From Eledone cirrhosa (taxonomy: Eukaryota): a stretch of 64,000 nucleotides of DNA. Below, one piece after another: positions 12,833 through 51,300 of the stretch (the first letter of the stretch is position 1; each line of letters opens with the position of its first letter). The DNA lies in assembly GCA_964016885.1 (NCBI GenBank), contig OZ024756.1, positions 26,040,001-26,104,000 on the forward strand, in the 5' to 3' direction. Made by a program: the position numbers and the translations under genes. The notes below the pieces were generated by a model. It was not told the DNA's origin and did no database searches. It saw only the letters and a list, made by a program, of their open reading frames with translations.

Positions 12833-13415
12833 GTAACTTTCACCTCTAATATATCTATATCCATGCGATTCTTGTTAGTTCTTAGATTTTGCTGTCGATT
12901 TAACGCGCTAAATCACTACAGACGTTGTTTGTCACCATGTTGCCGTTTTACAAGTCAATAATGATGTTATGTTTGAAATTAATTAATTCATAAGTCTAAT
13001 GGACATTATTTTTAAAGCATCATGTTATCGCTTTCTTTCTGTCCATTCTGTCTCTCACGCCACTCAGTAGCAGTGAATATGTATGTATATATATATATAT
13101 ATATATTATGTGTGTATATGTGTAAGCATGCATCACCCTATACTCTCTCACTATTATACATACTACGAACCTTCCCCCATTCACTCCGTGCGTGTGTATG
13201 TATATATATACACACACACACAGCACACTCGGTCTATTCCTCTCACTATTATACATACTGCCCTCTCCCTTTTTCTCATTCTTTACATACAACACTCCTT
13301 CTCTCTGTCTAAATATGTGTGTGTATATAGGGGTATACACCATTCTCTTGTATGTATAAATAACCGTCTTGCTCAGCATTTCAACATTATTTAGTCGTGT
13401 CATTCTCTTTACAGC

Positions 13416-36038
<22,623 letters not shown>

Positions 36039-36398
36039 TACCGAGATGAGTTTCACAATCTGCTCAAATATTAAAAAGAAAAAAAATTTTTTTTTTTTTT
36101 TTTTTTTTTTCCATTGGTCATTATTTCCACACAGTTTCCAGTCGACCACAGACCACTACTATTATTATTAAATATCTGATTTTATGTTGGCTGCAGTGTA
36201 ATAAATGGGACCTCCTTTGCAGTCAACAAAGCCAATTTTAATATCAAACTCATTAAAAAAAAATATTTTAAAAATGAAATTTAAAATAAAAAAACTGTAA
36301 ATCATTTAATTTTAATATTTTTTTTCTTAGGATTTTAACTTCTCAAATTTATTTAGACAATTAATTCCTCTTTTCCTTTTTTGTCATTGTACAAAATC

Positions 36399-36431
<33 letters not shown>

Positions 36432-37639
36432 CACACACACACATTTGTGTGTGTGTGTATATATATATACACACACACACATTTGTTTGTGTATATATAT
36501 ATATATGCATGTATATATATTAATTCTGATCATTGTGTAGTGTTGTGATATGGGGTTGGGACTTAATGAAATGGTTGTGGAATTATTGGTAGTCAGCTAC
36601 AATATCTTGTAGTATTTGTTCCAGGTCTGGTCTGAGTTCAAATCCTGTCATTTGTCTTTCATTATTTTGGGGATAGGGTTGGGGTGTTACAGTATCAGCT
36701 AGCCCATGGCAATGGATTGGCAGAAATGTTAGTGTTAGTTGAGATACTTAGTGGTATCTATTCTGGCTTTCATAGTTCAGCCACACAAATGACCATGGGA
36801 GACCCCCCCCCCCCCCCCCATGGCTGTAGGAGGATTGTGGCCATCTTTAACTGCAGTTGAATAATACACACTTGTATGCTGGACCTCTGGGTTATGACAA
36901 AGTGCTTGTGAAATTATCATACAAGTGGTTAAACATTCTATAGACATGTGTACCCATAACAGATCTAGTGTCAAGCCAGTTCCTCACTAGTTTTCAGTAT
37001 TCATTTCCTATTGATATTTCAGTCTCTTCCCTCCTTTCCCCAAAGTTATCCTGTTTAATGCATAATCATTCAAACCAATTTATTAAAGAGCAAGCAGCAG
37101 ATCTCTCTACATTCATGTGTGCCAAACATAAAATGGTTATCATTCATCATTATTGTTATCAAGACAAAAATATTCATTGAATAAAAATTTCAAAAATTGA
37201 TTTCTTCAGCATTCCTTTTTACTTTTCCCACTGCTCTTTAAGTTTTCTTTTTTGAATTTTTAGAATTTTCAAGATTTGAAAACTATGCCAACCAACAGGT
37301 CCTCATGTAAAAAAGGCTTGGCTAGGTGGTGCTATTAAATTTGACATGGTCTGGGCCAATACTGGCTGAAACTGATTGAAGCTATATATATATATATATA
37401 GTGTTGAGCATAAATAATTAAATATGTATTGAAAACAAGTAAATGATTTAAAAGAATTCTTGTCTTTATATTGTTTATATATGATACTGGGTGCATTTAC
37501 TCATAATACTAACACTTGAAGTTGTCATGCCCTCATCTAGACTGTGTGTGTGTACTGTATACAGATGGTGTCAGAGAGGAAGAGATCAGAAACATGTAGA
37601 AAGTTATACAGGAACTTTAACCCTTTAGCATTTACATTA

Positions 37640-38195
37640 TCTATGCTGACGATCTGGTTCTTATAGCAGAATCAGTAGAGGAGCTAGAGAATAAATTCTG
37701 GCTATGGAAACAGCAGTTGGAATCAAGGACTGAGAGTGAACATAGCTAAAACAGAAGGGTTGATAAGTAGAAAAGAGGACAAAACTCTGATTCCATCAGG
37801 GAAATGGCCATGTTCAATATGCAGAAAAGGAACTGGCATAAATTCTATAAAATGCAGAGGGTTAACAGGTATGGAGAAATACGTATGCAGTAGATGTACA
37901 GGAAATTTGACACACATTTTTCAAATGCAGGTGGGTGATAGCATGGGAGGGTGTTCCGAGACCATAGTATCTAGAATGACGGGTTGGAAGAAGTTTAGGG
38001 AGCTGCTGACGAAGAGCCAGTTATATGATGCCAGTGAGACGGGCTGGATGTGTTGAGAGGGATAAATTGTGTGCGGCAGATGAGACTATGGTGGTATGGA
38101 CATGTGATGTGCATGGAGGAAGGAAGACCACGAAAAACATGGGCGGCGATGACGTGGAGAGATGCTGTGCTGAATAGCACCCGTCACACGATGAT
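37640..38195 (+). mobile_element. internally deleted RTE LINE fragment
   Basis: YADDLVLIAES..LESQGLRVNIAKT..SGKWPCSICRKG..GWKKFREL. Confidence 0.8.
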
Positions 38196-39331
38196 GTTTA
38201 CTATTACATTTTCATATTTATTTTGAGAACAATACCTTAACATCAGTATGAGGTGAGAGAATTCTGGCCAGATTAATAGAAAAAATAACAAAATAACATT
38301 TCAGTATGAAATTAATTTAATTTAAAAAAAAAAAACTAAAGGAAAAAAAAAACAAAACAAATCCCTTGATATTATCTGGAGAGAGAGGGGGGCAGATATA
38401 TTTATATATGTCTAGAGAGATTCATGTTATATTTTAACATACAGATAATATCTCTACATATATATGCACCCAGGGTATAAACAGAAGCATCATCATTGAG
38501 ATAATAGGCTAACAATAATTTCATAGTTTTCAAACACATTGTTGTTATTCCTAGTTAGAATAACTTTTCACTTTACACACATGGCTTTTTTTAAAAGAAT
38601 TTACAATGAGAATGGTGGGAAGTGGGGGGGGGGGGGGGGGGGGGGGGAGAATGAAGTAAATGTCCATTTTTTTATATATATATACACACATGTATATATA
38701 TTTTCTTTTATTGATTTCAGATATAGACTGCAGCTATGCTGGGGGTACCACTAAAAAAGGGATTTAGTCATATCAACCCCCCAGTGTTTATTACCCTACA
38801 TATTTTATTTCTTTTTGTTGAACTAATAATTCACAGAACAAACACGAGCTTCTACACAATTTCTGTCAACCAAATTCCATTCACAAGGAATTGGTCACTA
38901 AGAGGCTGCAGTAAGACTGAACACGAAGCCATGTGGTTATGAAGTAAACATCTCAACTACATGGCTGTGCCTCTACCTTATATATATATATATATCCGAT
39001 TTTCTCGTGTGTGTTGGAGAGAGGGGCTTGGGTGTAGTTGTGATTAAATTCAAATTAATTATAAAATGTTTTCAAAATTTAAAAAATAAACAGAAAACAA
39101 GAAAACATTTGTTTTATGTTATTAATATGGTGGTTGTTTGAACTCATTTGGAAAGCTAGAAAGGTTGTTGTTGGGGTTGAAAACAACAAGTCTGTTTTAC
39201 TCAACAATGTTTTGGGTTCTTGCAGTGAGAAATAATAGTAATTGGTTTAGTTTTAACACATGTTCTCAGGTTATGTCACTTGTCAGAATATATATATACA
39301 CACACTCGCATACATATGTGCATGTGTATGT

Positions 39332-39396
39332 TCAATCATCCCACTCATCATCTAAATTTTCATCATCCTCGCTGTCTTCCTCATCACTTTCACCAT
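39332..39396 (-). CDS. WASL: WASP acidic-domain last exon ([21 protein letters not shown])
   Basis: Arp2/3-binding DDEW motif. Confidence 0.95.
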
Positions 39397-41184
39397 CTGA
39401 AATAGAAACAAGACAAATTATCAACATCATTGGAAAAAGATTAGCAGTCATTATAGCATGGGACAAATGCTTAGAAGTATTTAGTTCCAACTCTGTTTTG
39501 TGTTCAAATCCTGCTGAGGTCCAGAGTTGATAAAATACAAGTTACATATTGGGTTCAATGTAAATTGACTTAACCCTCACCACAAATTGTTGGTCTTATG
39601 TCTAAATTAGAAATCATAATCATCACCACATTATTGTCATTGTCATTTTTATTGATTTTACATCTACTGCATCTAGTAGTGGTAGTGATGGTGCCATAAT
39701 AATTTACACCCAGTACACTTTGTAAAGTGATAGTGATGGTGCCACAATAAAAAACTACTCAGTACATCCAGTAGTGGTAGTGATAGTGCCACAATAAAGT
39801 ATACCCAGTACACTCTGTAAAGTGATAGTGATGGTGCCACAATAAAATACACCCAGTACACTCTGTAAAGTGTTAGTGGTATGGCATGAAGCACTGAGTA
39901 CTATCAAAATGCCATGCAGTGCAATCAAAGCTGGTTCTAATGATTGTGAAACAAATGTTAACCATTGAGCTAGACTGACAGGCGAGAGAGAATAAGAGGA
40001 AAACTATTTACCAGATCCTTGTAAGGTTTTCTTCCTGTTGGCCAGGGCTCTGGACAAAGCACCAACTATTCCTGTCTCCTCAACTTCTGGGGATTGTGAG
40101 CCAGCTTCCACCTGTAAGTGAGAGAGGTAGAAAGGGAAAGAAATATAATGGAACTGAAAGTAGAGAAATATATAGAGAGGGAAAGATAGATAGATAGATA
40201 GATAGAAGGATAGATAGAGAGAAAGGAAGTGAAAGATAGAGAGAAAGGAAGTGAAAGATAGATAGAGAGAAAGGAAGTGAAAGATAGAGAGAAGGAATGA
40301 CTAGTTACCGGCTTCAAGTTCTTCATTCCAACATTGCGGATCTCATTCATGAGGTTACCTCTCTTGTCTACAGGTGCTGGGTTGAGTGGCACACTGTTGG
40401 GGGTGACCTTCTTCAGCTGAGCACCCCGGTGGATCTCGTCCAGTAGGGCCGTCCGGCTAGAACTGGTTGAACTCGGCCTGCTATTACTGCCCCCACCACC
40501 AACACTATCAGTTTCGCTTCGCATAGCTGGGGGGAGTGGAGGCACATTGGGGGATGATGATGATGATGATGACGACCCAACCATGGGTGGAGGAGGAGGC
40601 GGTGGTGGCGGAGGTGGAGGAGGAGGCGGTGGCGGCGGGGGAGCTCCAGGAGCTTTGGGGGGTGGAGGCAGGTTGGAGCGTGCGGGGGGAGGTGGTGGTG
40701 GTGGTGGTGGGGTGTTGACGCTTCGAAAGGCAGGCACTGAACGAGAAGGTGGCACAGGGGCTGGAGTTCTACTTGGAGGCACTGGTGGTGGCAACCCAGC
40801 TGACCTGGCTGGGGTTGGGGGACCTATGTGACGAGGCGGTAGAGCTGCAATAAGAAGACACAATATTACATACATACATATATATATATACATACATATA
40901 GACACACACATATATATATATAGTCACCATTTAACGTCCATTTTTCCACCTTAGCTTGGGTTATATGAGCTGTCCTGTTGTGAGATAAGCCAGGTCAGAT
41001 GACCATGTCTTGCTCATACAGAACTGATTTTGACTTGGTTTCTAAGCTGGATGCTCTTCCTAATGCCAACCATATTTACAGTGTGTGCTGGGTGCTTTTT
41101 CCTGTGGCACCTACACAACCACTTTACAGTGTGGGCTGGGCACCTTTTGTTGTGTCGCCAACATGTATGCATACGCATATATAT

Positions 41185-41215
<31 letters not shown>

Positions 41216-42118
41216 CTATATATATATATATACACACACATACCTATATATATATATATATCATCATTTAACATCCATTTTTTCTGTTGACATTAAATAA
41301 TGAAGCTGATGATGCATATCTCTCTCTCTCTATTATATATATATATATATATATAGATAGAGAGAGAGAGAGAGCAATTGGGTGAGTCAGTAGATTCGTG
41401 GTTTACTGAGGAAGGTACCAATACCAGCATTCTATGCTATAGCAGAGTGTATATATTAAGAACAAAACAAGGTTTCACATTGAAATTTTTATTAAGCTCA
41501 GTTATGAATGTTTCACAGATTGGTGGCTCAAGACCCATATTTGTATTATAGAGCCAACTCCAGTCCCAAACTCCTCATCTGGACCAGTCTAATATGGATT
41601 CTGAGCCACATTCATACCTGAGCCTAACCAATAAAGACCTTATTTTGTTCTTTATCATGGAAAAATGGTTGTTAAAGGGTGATGATGATCATGATATAAC
41701 ACATTTTCACACACACACACACACACACACACATCAAATGTTCCCTTACAGTGTGGTGGTAGTGGAGTCTGTTTCTGGTCCATCTCCTTCTTCACAGCAT
41801 CAATTCCACCATTTTTCTCCACAAAGTCATAGATAAACGACAATGTTTCCTTGTCCACTTCACTGCCTGAAGTTAGACCAATTGTTTCTAAAAGCTTCTT
41901 CATGTGCTCCTCCATCTGGTTTATCTAAAACAGACACAACAATCATGTCATTAGTAGTAGAAGTAGTAGTAGTAGCAGCAGTTGATGGAAAATATAGCTG
42001 GGAACTTGTAATTGTACATATATACATGTGTATGTATATATATATATATGTGTGTATGTATATATATATGTATATATATATGTGTGTATGTATGTATATA
42101 TATATATATATATGTGTG

Positions 42119-42161
<43 letters not shown>

Positions 42162-42599
42162 GTATATATATATACATATACGTATACATATTCGTATATA
42201 TATACATATACGTATACATCATTTTCATCATCATTTCATTTTTACGTCCGCTTTTCCCTGCTTGCAAGGGTGGGACGGGAACTGATTCTGGCTTGATTTC
42301 TACAGCTGGATGCCCTTCCTAACACCAACCTCATTTACAGTGAGTGCTGGGTGCTTTTTTGCCGTGGCACCTCCACGACCACTTTGCAGTGGAATGATAT
42401 ACACATATATATACATATACGTATATATATATACATACATACATATACGTATATACATATACGTATATATATACATACATATATATACATATGTATATAT
42501 ATATATATATATATACATACATTTATGTATATAATTAATAATGGGTAATGTAAAATAATTAAGACAAAAAAATTACCTCAAAATACTTCTTGATTCTTG

Positions 42600-42638
<39 letters not shown>

Positions 42639-45337
42639 ATAGTAATATTAATGAGAGTAAATTTTACTCATTTACTAGATGTATTTCAGCTCAATGCAAT
42701 AATAGGATCAAGCAGAGCCAGTATATAATTACAATGTGCTTATAAATTAAAAGTTAAAAGTTCAAGACATTTAATCACTGACAATTGTTTCTTCTCATAA
42801 CAATATATCACCAACAGCAAGTTATTTTATTTAACAATTTGCTATTAGTTAGCATAAACCACAGGAGACATCAGAGTTTAATTAAAATCCAAAACGATTA
42901 ATGAAATATCAATACAAATCATTCAAGAATAACAGATAACATATATCACTTATCTAATTAAAACATAGGTCAAATAATATGGTGTCAGTTGTATTACAAT
43001 ATTTAAAAGTTATTTGGAAGAGTAGTAACTTTCCAATAATGAATTAGAAGTTACACAGTTTTATCAAAGAACAATCCATCAAATCTAACAGGGTTAAAGT
43101 TAAAAGATATTTACTGCAGACCTAACATTATATCAGGAACCATGGATTTATATATATATATATATATTAATGAAGTTGTTTCAGAGATGTTATACCTACA
43201 ATACTGATTATTAAATAATCAATAATATTTAACTATATGTAAGAAGAATATATTAATATCGAAATAAATAAATATTTACATAAGACATTTACACTTATTT
43301 AAAGAATATTTCATATATGGCAAAGAGATATAAGTGTGTGAAATATTTAACCCTTTAGCATTCACATTACTCTATATATACTATTATATTTTCATGGTAA
43401 ATGCTTTATCACATAATATCTCACATAATATCGAATCTATGAGATGTTGGAAGTATTTATTTTGAGAACAATACCTCAACATCAGTTTGAGTGACCAGTT
43501 ACAGCCAGTTACAACAGAAAAAGGTAGAGAATTCTGGCCGGTTTTGGCCGGTTTGAACATTAAAGAGTTAAGAAAATTAATTCATTATAATGAAATATGA
43601 TTTATTAAGTTTAAACTTAAAGGGGGTAAGATGAGATAAGATAATCTATCATATTGAATAAATTAATATATCTTGTTAATAATGCATCAGTAACTATTAC
43701 AATATATAAATGTGGGAGGCTATCCCTAGATTATTTCAATACAATGTATTTAACATCAAATTAAGAGTTAGTTGAAGTATACAGACATAGTTGAATTTAT
43801 ATCTAAAGTCTGTCTTAAGCCAGAAGGCTTATTAGTCCGGTGATTATCTTAATTTCATGGCGTGAAGTCACTGAGAGAAACACGACTTTCCCCTGGACAG
43901 GATGCCAGTCCATCGCAGGGTTAAACCCCCAGCCATTGCTGGTACTCTTTTTCAGCTGAATTTATATGCTTTTATATTAAATGTCTAACTAATATCTGTT
44001 AATCCTATGAAATTATTAAAATTATGGCACCGAATAGAATGAAACATCCTCAGCAATTATATTTAAGTATTTATTATTATTAAGGTCAAAACGAATAGGT
44101 TAGATAAGATAATATATTAATTCAACAAATGTATCATATAATATATATAAATTATTAATAAGGATTCAGTATAAGGTTAAGCATTAGTTGAAGTAAAAGG
44201 TTGTTAATGGGCATTATTGGATTTGTAATAGTTAAACGATTATAGGTTTTTATGGGGGAAAGTGGAAAAGATTTCTGATTTCTTATTTAGAATTAATAAT
44301 TAGTTGAGATTCAAGGAGACCTAAACTACATATTCTATTGTTAGGTTTATAAGCAGAGGATCTACCTAATATTTCCCAATACAATGGTATATGGTATGTT
44401 CTTAGTTTTTAATTCCCAGATAAAACAAGCTAATGATGTCATACGTTTTAATTTAGGTTTTCTAAAAGAATGAAGATGGGAATTAAATCTTGCTTTGAAA
44501 CTATTTGAGGTAGCTTCTATGCAAAGTTTAGACTGTCGAGAGGTGTTAACTGTGCATATTTAATAATTATATAGTAGGTATAACATCTCTATAACAACTG
44601 AAACATTAAAATATATATATATATATTCACTCCGTATAATTTCATGGTTCCTGATATAATGTTAGGTCTGCAGTAAATATCTTTCAATTTTAACCTTGTT
44701 AAATTTGATGGATTGTTCTTACAAACTATGAATACTGCTTTGATAAAACTGTATAACATCCAATTCATTACTGGAAAGTTACTACTCTTCCAAATAACTT
44801 TTAAATATTGTAATACAACTGACACCATATTATTTGACCTACAATTTAATTAGATAAGTGATATATGTTATCAGCTTTTCTTGAATGATTTGTATTGATA
44901 TTGTATTAATCGTTTTGGATTTTGATTAAACTCCGATGACTCCTATAGTTAATGCTAACTAATAGTAAATTGTTAAATAGAATTTTTTGCTGTCTTTGGT
45001 TTATTACTATGAGAAGAAACAATTGTCAGTGATTAAATGCCTTGAACTTGTAATTTTTGGTTTATAAGCACATTGTAACTATCTATCTATCTATATCTAT
45101 CTATATATATGGATGTACATATATAGATATACAAATGTTTATGTATATACGTAACCATCTATCTATCTATCTATATATATATCTATCTATATATATGGAT
45201 GTACATATATAGATATACAAATGTTTATGTATATATGTAACCATCTATCTATATATATATATATATGGATGTACATATATAGATATACAAATGTTTATGT
45301 ATATACGTAACCATCTATCTATCTATCTATCTATCTA

Positions 45338-45424
<87 letters not shown>

Positions 45425-48276
45425 ATGTACATTTATAGATATACAAATGTTTATGTATATACGTAACCATCTATCTATCTATCTATCTATCTATATATAT
45501 ATATATATGGATGTACATTTATAGATATACAAATGTTTATGTATATACGTAACCATCTATCTATATATATATATGGATGTACATATATAGCTATACAAAT
45601 GTTTATGTATATACGTAACCATCTATCTATCTATCTATATATATCTATATCTATATATATGGATGTACATATATAGCTATACAAATGTTTATGTATATAC
45701 GTAACCATCTATCTATATATATATATGGATGTACATATATAGCTATACAAATGTTTATGTATATACGTAACCATCCATCTATCTATACGCGAATGCAATA
45801 GTAACACTTTGTCACAACCTTATGACTGAGGACAGAATAAGATACATCAGAAAGAAAAAATATAGGGAAACACAAACATCAATTAATTGCATTAAAGCGT
45901 ATTAGAAATATGGTCACAAAGGGGTTAAGCAGATAGGGTACATAACTAATTTTCTCAGATCCATTCGGATTGCACTTACTTTTAGGTCAAGGGTTAAAAT
46001 AGAAGAATGTAGAAAAGGATGTTTAGTAAAGTAGGGTGGGAGTAGTTGATTCCATATAATATTTGAAAGTCAATGAAATACAGTGGTTAGTACATGACAC
46101 CATGACCAATATGGGTTCATATAAAAAACAATATATCAAGCTGGTGTTTGGAACATAAATTAATGAAAGTCCTTACATAAAATTATGATCGAAGGTCCTT
46201 TTTTTCTTAGATAAATATAAACACTTTAAAACAAATAGTTTTGTATCATAAAACCAAGGCTGGTTTCAGGGTTGTTAGTATCAAAAGGGTCAACATTATT
46301 CTACTTTTTGATCATGCTCACATAGTACACACACTGCACAGAGAATGCATATTACAAAGAGTACATATGCAGTATATAGTAGTAGAGTACACACACACAC
46401 ACTATATATATATATATATATATAATTAATTTATAACTCTATAAAGTTAACTGTCTCTAATACGTGAACTTTGAAAAGCCAGAATAAATACCACAAAGTA
46501 TCTCAACCAACACTAACATTTCTGCCAATCCACTGCCATGGGCTGGCTGATAATTTATCACCCTTCAACTTGTCCCCTTATTTCTAAGAAGAATTCCCCT
46601 CCTGATGAAGGAACTTGAATTTTTCCAATATCTTGGAATTCCTGATGATGTACCTTGAGTTTCAGAAACCATGGTTGGGGTATTATATAAGTTAAAGCTG
46701 ACTTTTTTTAGCTGATTTGGTTTAAGTTCAATTTATTATATATATATGTAGGTGAGTAATATTGTAGAACAATAAAACTATGCATATATCAGATAAGTAG
46801 CACTCAACATTTGACAGCGTTCCTGATCAAAAGTCTCTCTCTCTCTTCCTTCTTTCTTTTTTTTCCTCTTCTCTTTCCTTTTTCTCCTCCTTCTTTCCTT
46901 TTCTTCTACTTTCCTATCTTTTTCTTACTCTTATATTTCTGTCATATGCAGACTTTGCACTTTCCTGTTGACAAGTGTTTTTAGGCCTCATATCATGTTA
47001 CCTTATTTTATCTGATGAGAACACAATTTTTGTCCCAGGATGATGATGTTTTCGAAATGCGCATAATAAATGGAACTTTTATGCGCATAATATATGGAAC
47101 TTTTTTAAGCATCTTTTAATTTCTTCTTTTATATATATATATATAGTAATAATAATAAATTTGAAGACTAAAATCCAAAGAGGGCTCGATAAGGATAAAT
47201 ATATATAAGATATATAAGAGCCGTAGAGCAAATATTTATTAAAATAACAGATTAAAGTTTAAGCAAAGAATCGCTGCTTTTACCCTTAACGGGATCTTCT
47301 GAAACTAAAAAGTCAATCTGTGAACGCAGAAGTAAATATTTAAAAAAACGTTGCAACCGAAGGAAGAAGACAATACTTTGGTTCGTGGAAACAACTTTAA
47401 TCTGTTATTTTAATATATATATAGATAGATAGATAGATAGAACCAGCTTGTATTAATTTAATTCAATCATTCCTTCAGTTATAACCCACATTTGTGTTGC
47501 TTTCGATTGTAACAATTTTCCTGTCCCATATCAGTGTGTAGATATTCCTTCTTTTTATTTTTTTGCCCAACGCCTGTTGTTTTTTTCATTCCGAAATAGC
47601 TATCCATAGATACTATTAATGCACTGGTGGTGAACAGTCATGTCTTATAAAGCATCTCAATCAACTATAATGATCCCAAGAAGTCAGCCAATGTGTGGTC
47701 CATGTGCTTGTCTCCTCTGAGTTTTCTATTTCCTATATTTCACCCATGTGTTTTTTTAATGATATATATATATATATATATATATAAACGATGATGATGA
47801 TATATATCTATATATATTGTAAATAGTTAGTGCCTGAGCTCAGCTGTTGGACTAACTATTTACAATATATGCACTCTACTTTCCCAAGTATTGAGTACTT
47901 AGCTGAACGTGGTTTTACTAGTTTAAACTGGTAACTCCCAATTTATCTACATAGAAACAGTATGTATTATATCTTGTTCCATTTCTCTTAGACTTGAAGA
48001 CTATGGCAGTTCTTGAATCATTGGTAATTCCAATAGTGGTTCTGCCCCATACAAAACGATGGTAGGGAGATCTTATATAAGCGAAGTTAAACAAAAAAAT
48101 GTTTCTGTCTATTTTGTTTATAGAGTAATTAGAGTTTTTCTCATTTAATTTTAATATATAATATTGCTTCTTTGAGAGATCTCTTTCATTGAGATGGTTG
48201 GGTATTAGTGACTGATTAACCTTTAATTAATATATGGCCTCAGCCGGATGGCTGAAACAGGTAAAAGAGTAAAAGA

Positions 48277-48320
<44 letters not shown>

Positions 48321-51300
48321 TATGCACATTTTTTTATATTATACAACATAGTAGCAAGAATGATTGGAAAGTGAAATCAAGGCAAAAAAAGGGAGGGGTG
48401 GATCTGTTGAGAATTTTAGGTGATGGAAGGAAATGATGGATTACAAGTCTGTTGACTTTAATATGTTATAGCAAGGGAATGATATAATAAAGAATTTAAC
48501 CCTTTTACTCTAATATATATACTATTGTATTTTCAGGGTAAACACTTTATCTCACATAATATCGAATCTACGAGATGTTGATATTATTTATTTTGAGACC
48601 AATACCTTATCATAAGTATGAGCAACTGATTACAGCCGGTTTGAACAGAAAGAAGTGAGAGAATTCTGGCCGGTTTAAATGTTAAAGGTTTAAACTCAAC
48701 ATTTAGCAATAAACTCTGTTGAACTTGATAATACAGTAAGCAAATGGTTACGTGGAAAACAGTGATACCACAATAGGGTAGTACAGTGGTTCCTAAAAGA
48801 GCACACAGTACCCCTAAGGAACCTACAGAAGTAGTAGTAGTGTTACTTCTGGTGTCCATCAGCTAAGTTCAAAATTTCAAGTACTTTGTTACAAACCTAA
48901 TATACTAGAATTTTTTTCCATACGCTGGAGACCCAAGATGACTTGGGATGAGGTGATAAAAGCCGACCTTACCCAACTACACCTCTCAAAGTCAATGACA
49001 CACGACCGTGACTTCTGGCGTCACGCAGTAATACAGGGTACCCGACCTCCCATGGGTACATGCTGAAGCATATAAACAATATGCCCCCACTCCCCCCACC
49101 GCAAGGTGGTCGTGGAGGTGCCACGGCAAAAAAGGACCCAGCCCACACTGTAAAGTGGACGTGTAGGCGCCACGAAAAAGCACCAAGCACTCACTGTAAA
49201 TGAGGTTGGTGTTAGGAAAGGCATCCAGCTGTAGAAATCAAGCCAGATCAGTTCCTGTATGAGCAAGGCATGGTCAGCCGACCAGACACTGCCCACAACA
49301 GGACAACCCGTCTAACCCATGCTAGCGTGGAAGAACGGACGTAAAACGGTGATGATGATGACGCTGATGTGTATGTGCATATGAATATATAAACGTGTAA
49401 ACATAGACACGCTTAGAAAAATACGTACACACAGACATACATTCCCATAAATTGATGGAGGCAGTAGATGTAAAGAGAGAGTAGTATGAGGTAGTTAAAC
49501 TACTTCTCTCTTTTTACGTGTTGTGACAGAATCTCAGAAATTTATAGATAGATACACACTATTAGGGATCTAGTTCTTCTCTAAATATAAACGTTTCTAT
49601 CTTTTGATTGTTATTCTCACAGTTGTAAGAACAAAATATTTTACTTCTTACATGATATTTCACCTATGCGACCGACTCATATATTTCATTTCATTTTTCA
49701 TTTCATTTTACGTCCACTTTTTCCCTGCCTGCAAGGGTGGGACGGGAACTGATTCTGGCTTGATTTCTACAGCTGGATGCCCTTCCTAACACCAACCTCA
49801 TTTACAGTGAGTGCTGGGTGCTTTTTTGCCATGGCACCTTCACGACCACTTTGCAGTGGAATGATAGGGAACTCAGTCCCTATCATCTCATTTCCACAGC
49901 TGAGTAAACTGGAGCAATGTGAAATAAAGTGTCTTGCTCAAGGAAACAACACATCACCCGGTCTGAGAATTGAACTCACAACCTTCCGATTGCAAGCCCA
50001 ATGCTCTAACCACTAAGCCATGTGCCTCCATTGTGTGTGTATATTATATATATATATATGTGTGTATATATATATTTATATATATATATATATATATTTG
50101 TGTATATATATATAAAAAAAAACCCAAAAACAAACAAAATATAGCTGAACCAAGAAGATCAATTTAAAGTTAAACACACCAATAATAATAATAATAACAA
50201 CAACAACAATATACTAGGCTACATGTATATGTAGTGAAGAGTATAGGGTGAGAGTGTGACATAGAGACACATCAAGTGTCAGTTTTGGTTCTGAGCAAAG
50301 GTGAAACAGTTGAATTATATCTGAAGTAGTTTTAAACTACAAACACAACAACAACAACTACCTACAACAACAACTACTATTAAATCAGTAACAACAACAA
50401 CAATGGCAACACTAAAATCAAACAGCAAAGACTTTTTTAAAAATCAAATCAAAACTAGCAAACATTAGAGTATATTTAATGTAGTTAGTCCACACTCAGT
50501 CCTTTATTCATCAATTAGTCAATACTTTAGTCCCCTAAGGATTAAATATTAATACTTTGCTCCCTTAATTTTTAAATATTAATTTAGTCCCCTAATGGAG
50601 TTTGTTAATAATTTAATCCCCCAATCATGTATAGTTAGACAATAATTTAGTTCCCTGATCATGCCTTAATCCTTTAAAACTGAATTAAAAAAAAACACAT
50701 TTTGCCTAGCTACTAGATTTGTGATACAGTAAAATGTTAGAGTTTTCTATTAAATTATCATTATGGGCACCATGCTTTGCAGCAAAGAGTTACGGCCCTT
50801 TATCGTATGAGTTCAAATCCCGTCGAGGTTAACTTTGCCTTTCATCCTTACGGGTTCGATAAAATAAAGTACCAGTAATGCACTGGGTAATTGCTGGCCT
50901 TGTGCCAAAAGTAGAAACAATTATTTCATTTATTGATTTTGTTTCATAGTTAAGGCTTTTTAATCCTTTTGATACCAACCAATTCCCAAAATTGCTTCTG
51001 CTTCAATGGAACAAAACCATCCATTTTAAATAGTTCCTAATTAAATTAAAATCTTCCAACATAATTTCATTTAAGAATCATGTTATGTTACAAATACTGT
51101 CTTAATAATGAAATAATTTTAGTAAATCCCTTCTTCAATTTCTTCACTAATTAATTCAAATACAGTGTATTTTATTAGAAATATCCTTCCATCAACACAA
51201 GTAAATGAACTCTTTCTTTGCCTCACACATTATCCCCCTCCCTTAAACATTCTTCTCTCTCTTTTCTTCCTCACACCGCTACTATTATCTCTCCCATTAA

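Noticed and set aside
40547-40831. Gly-rich + strand ORF
   Set aside because: Antisense shadow of the WASP poly-proline exon
44700-44745. [13 protein letters not shown] resembling a PLE RT motif
   Set aside because: Too degenerate and on the strand opposite the GIY-YIG relic; not supportable without a search
45085-45785. Constant repeat with variable spacers, CRISPR-like
   Set aside because: Spacers are only (TATC)n(TA)n slippage products
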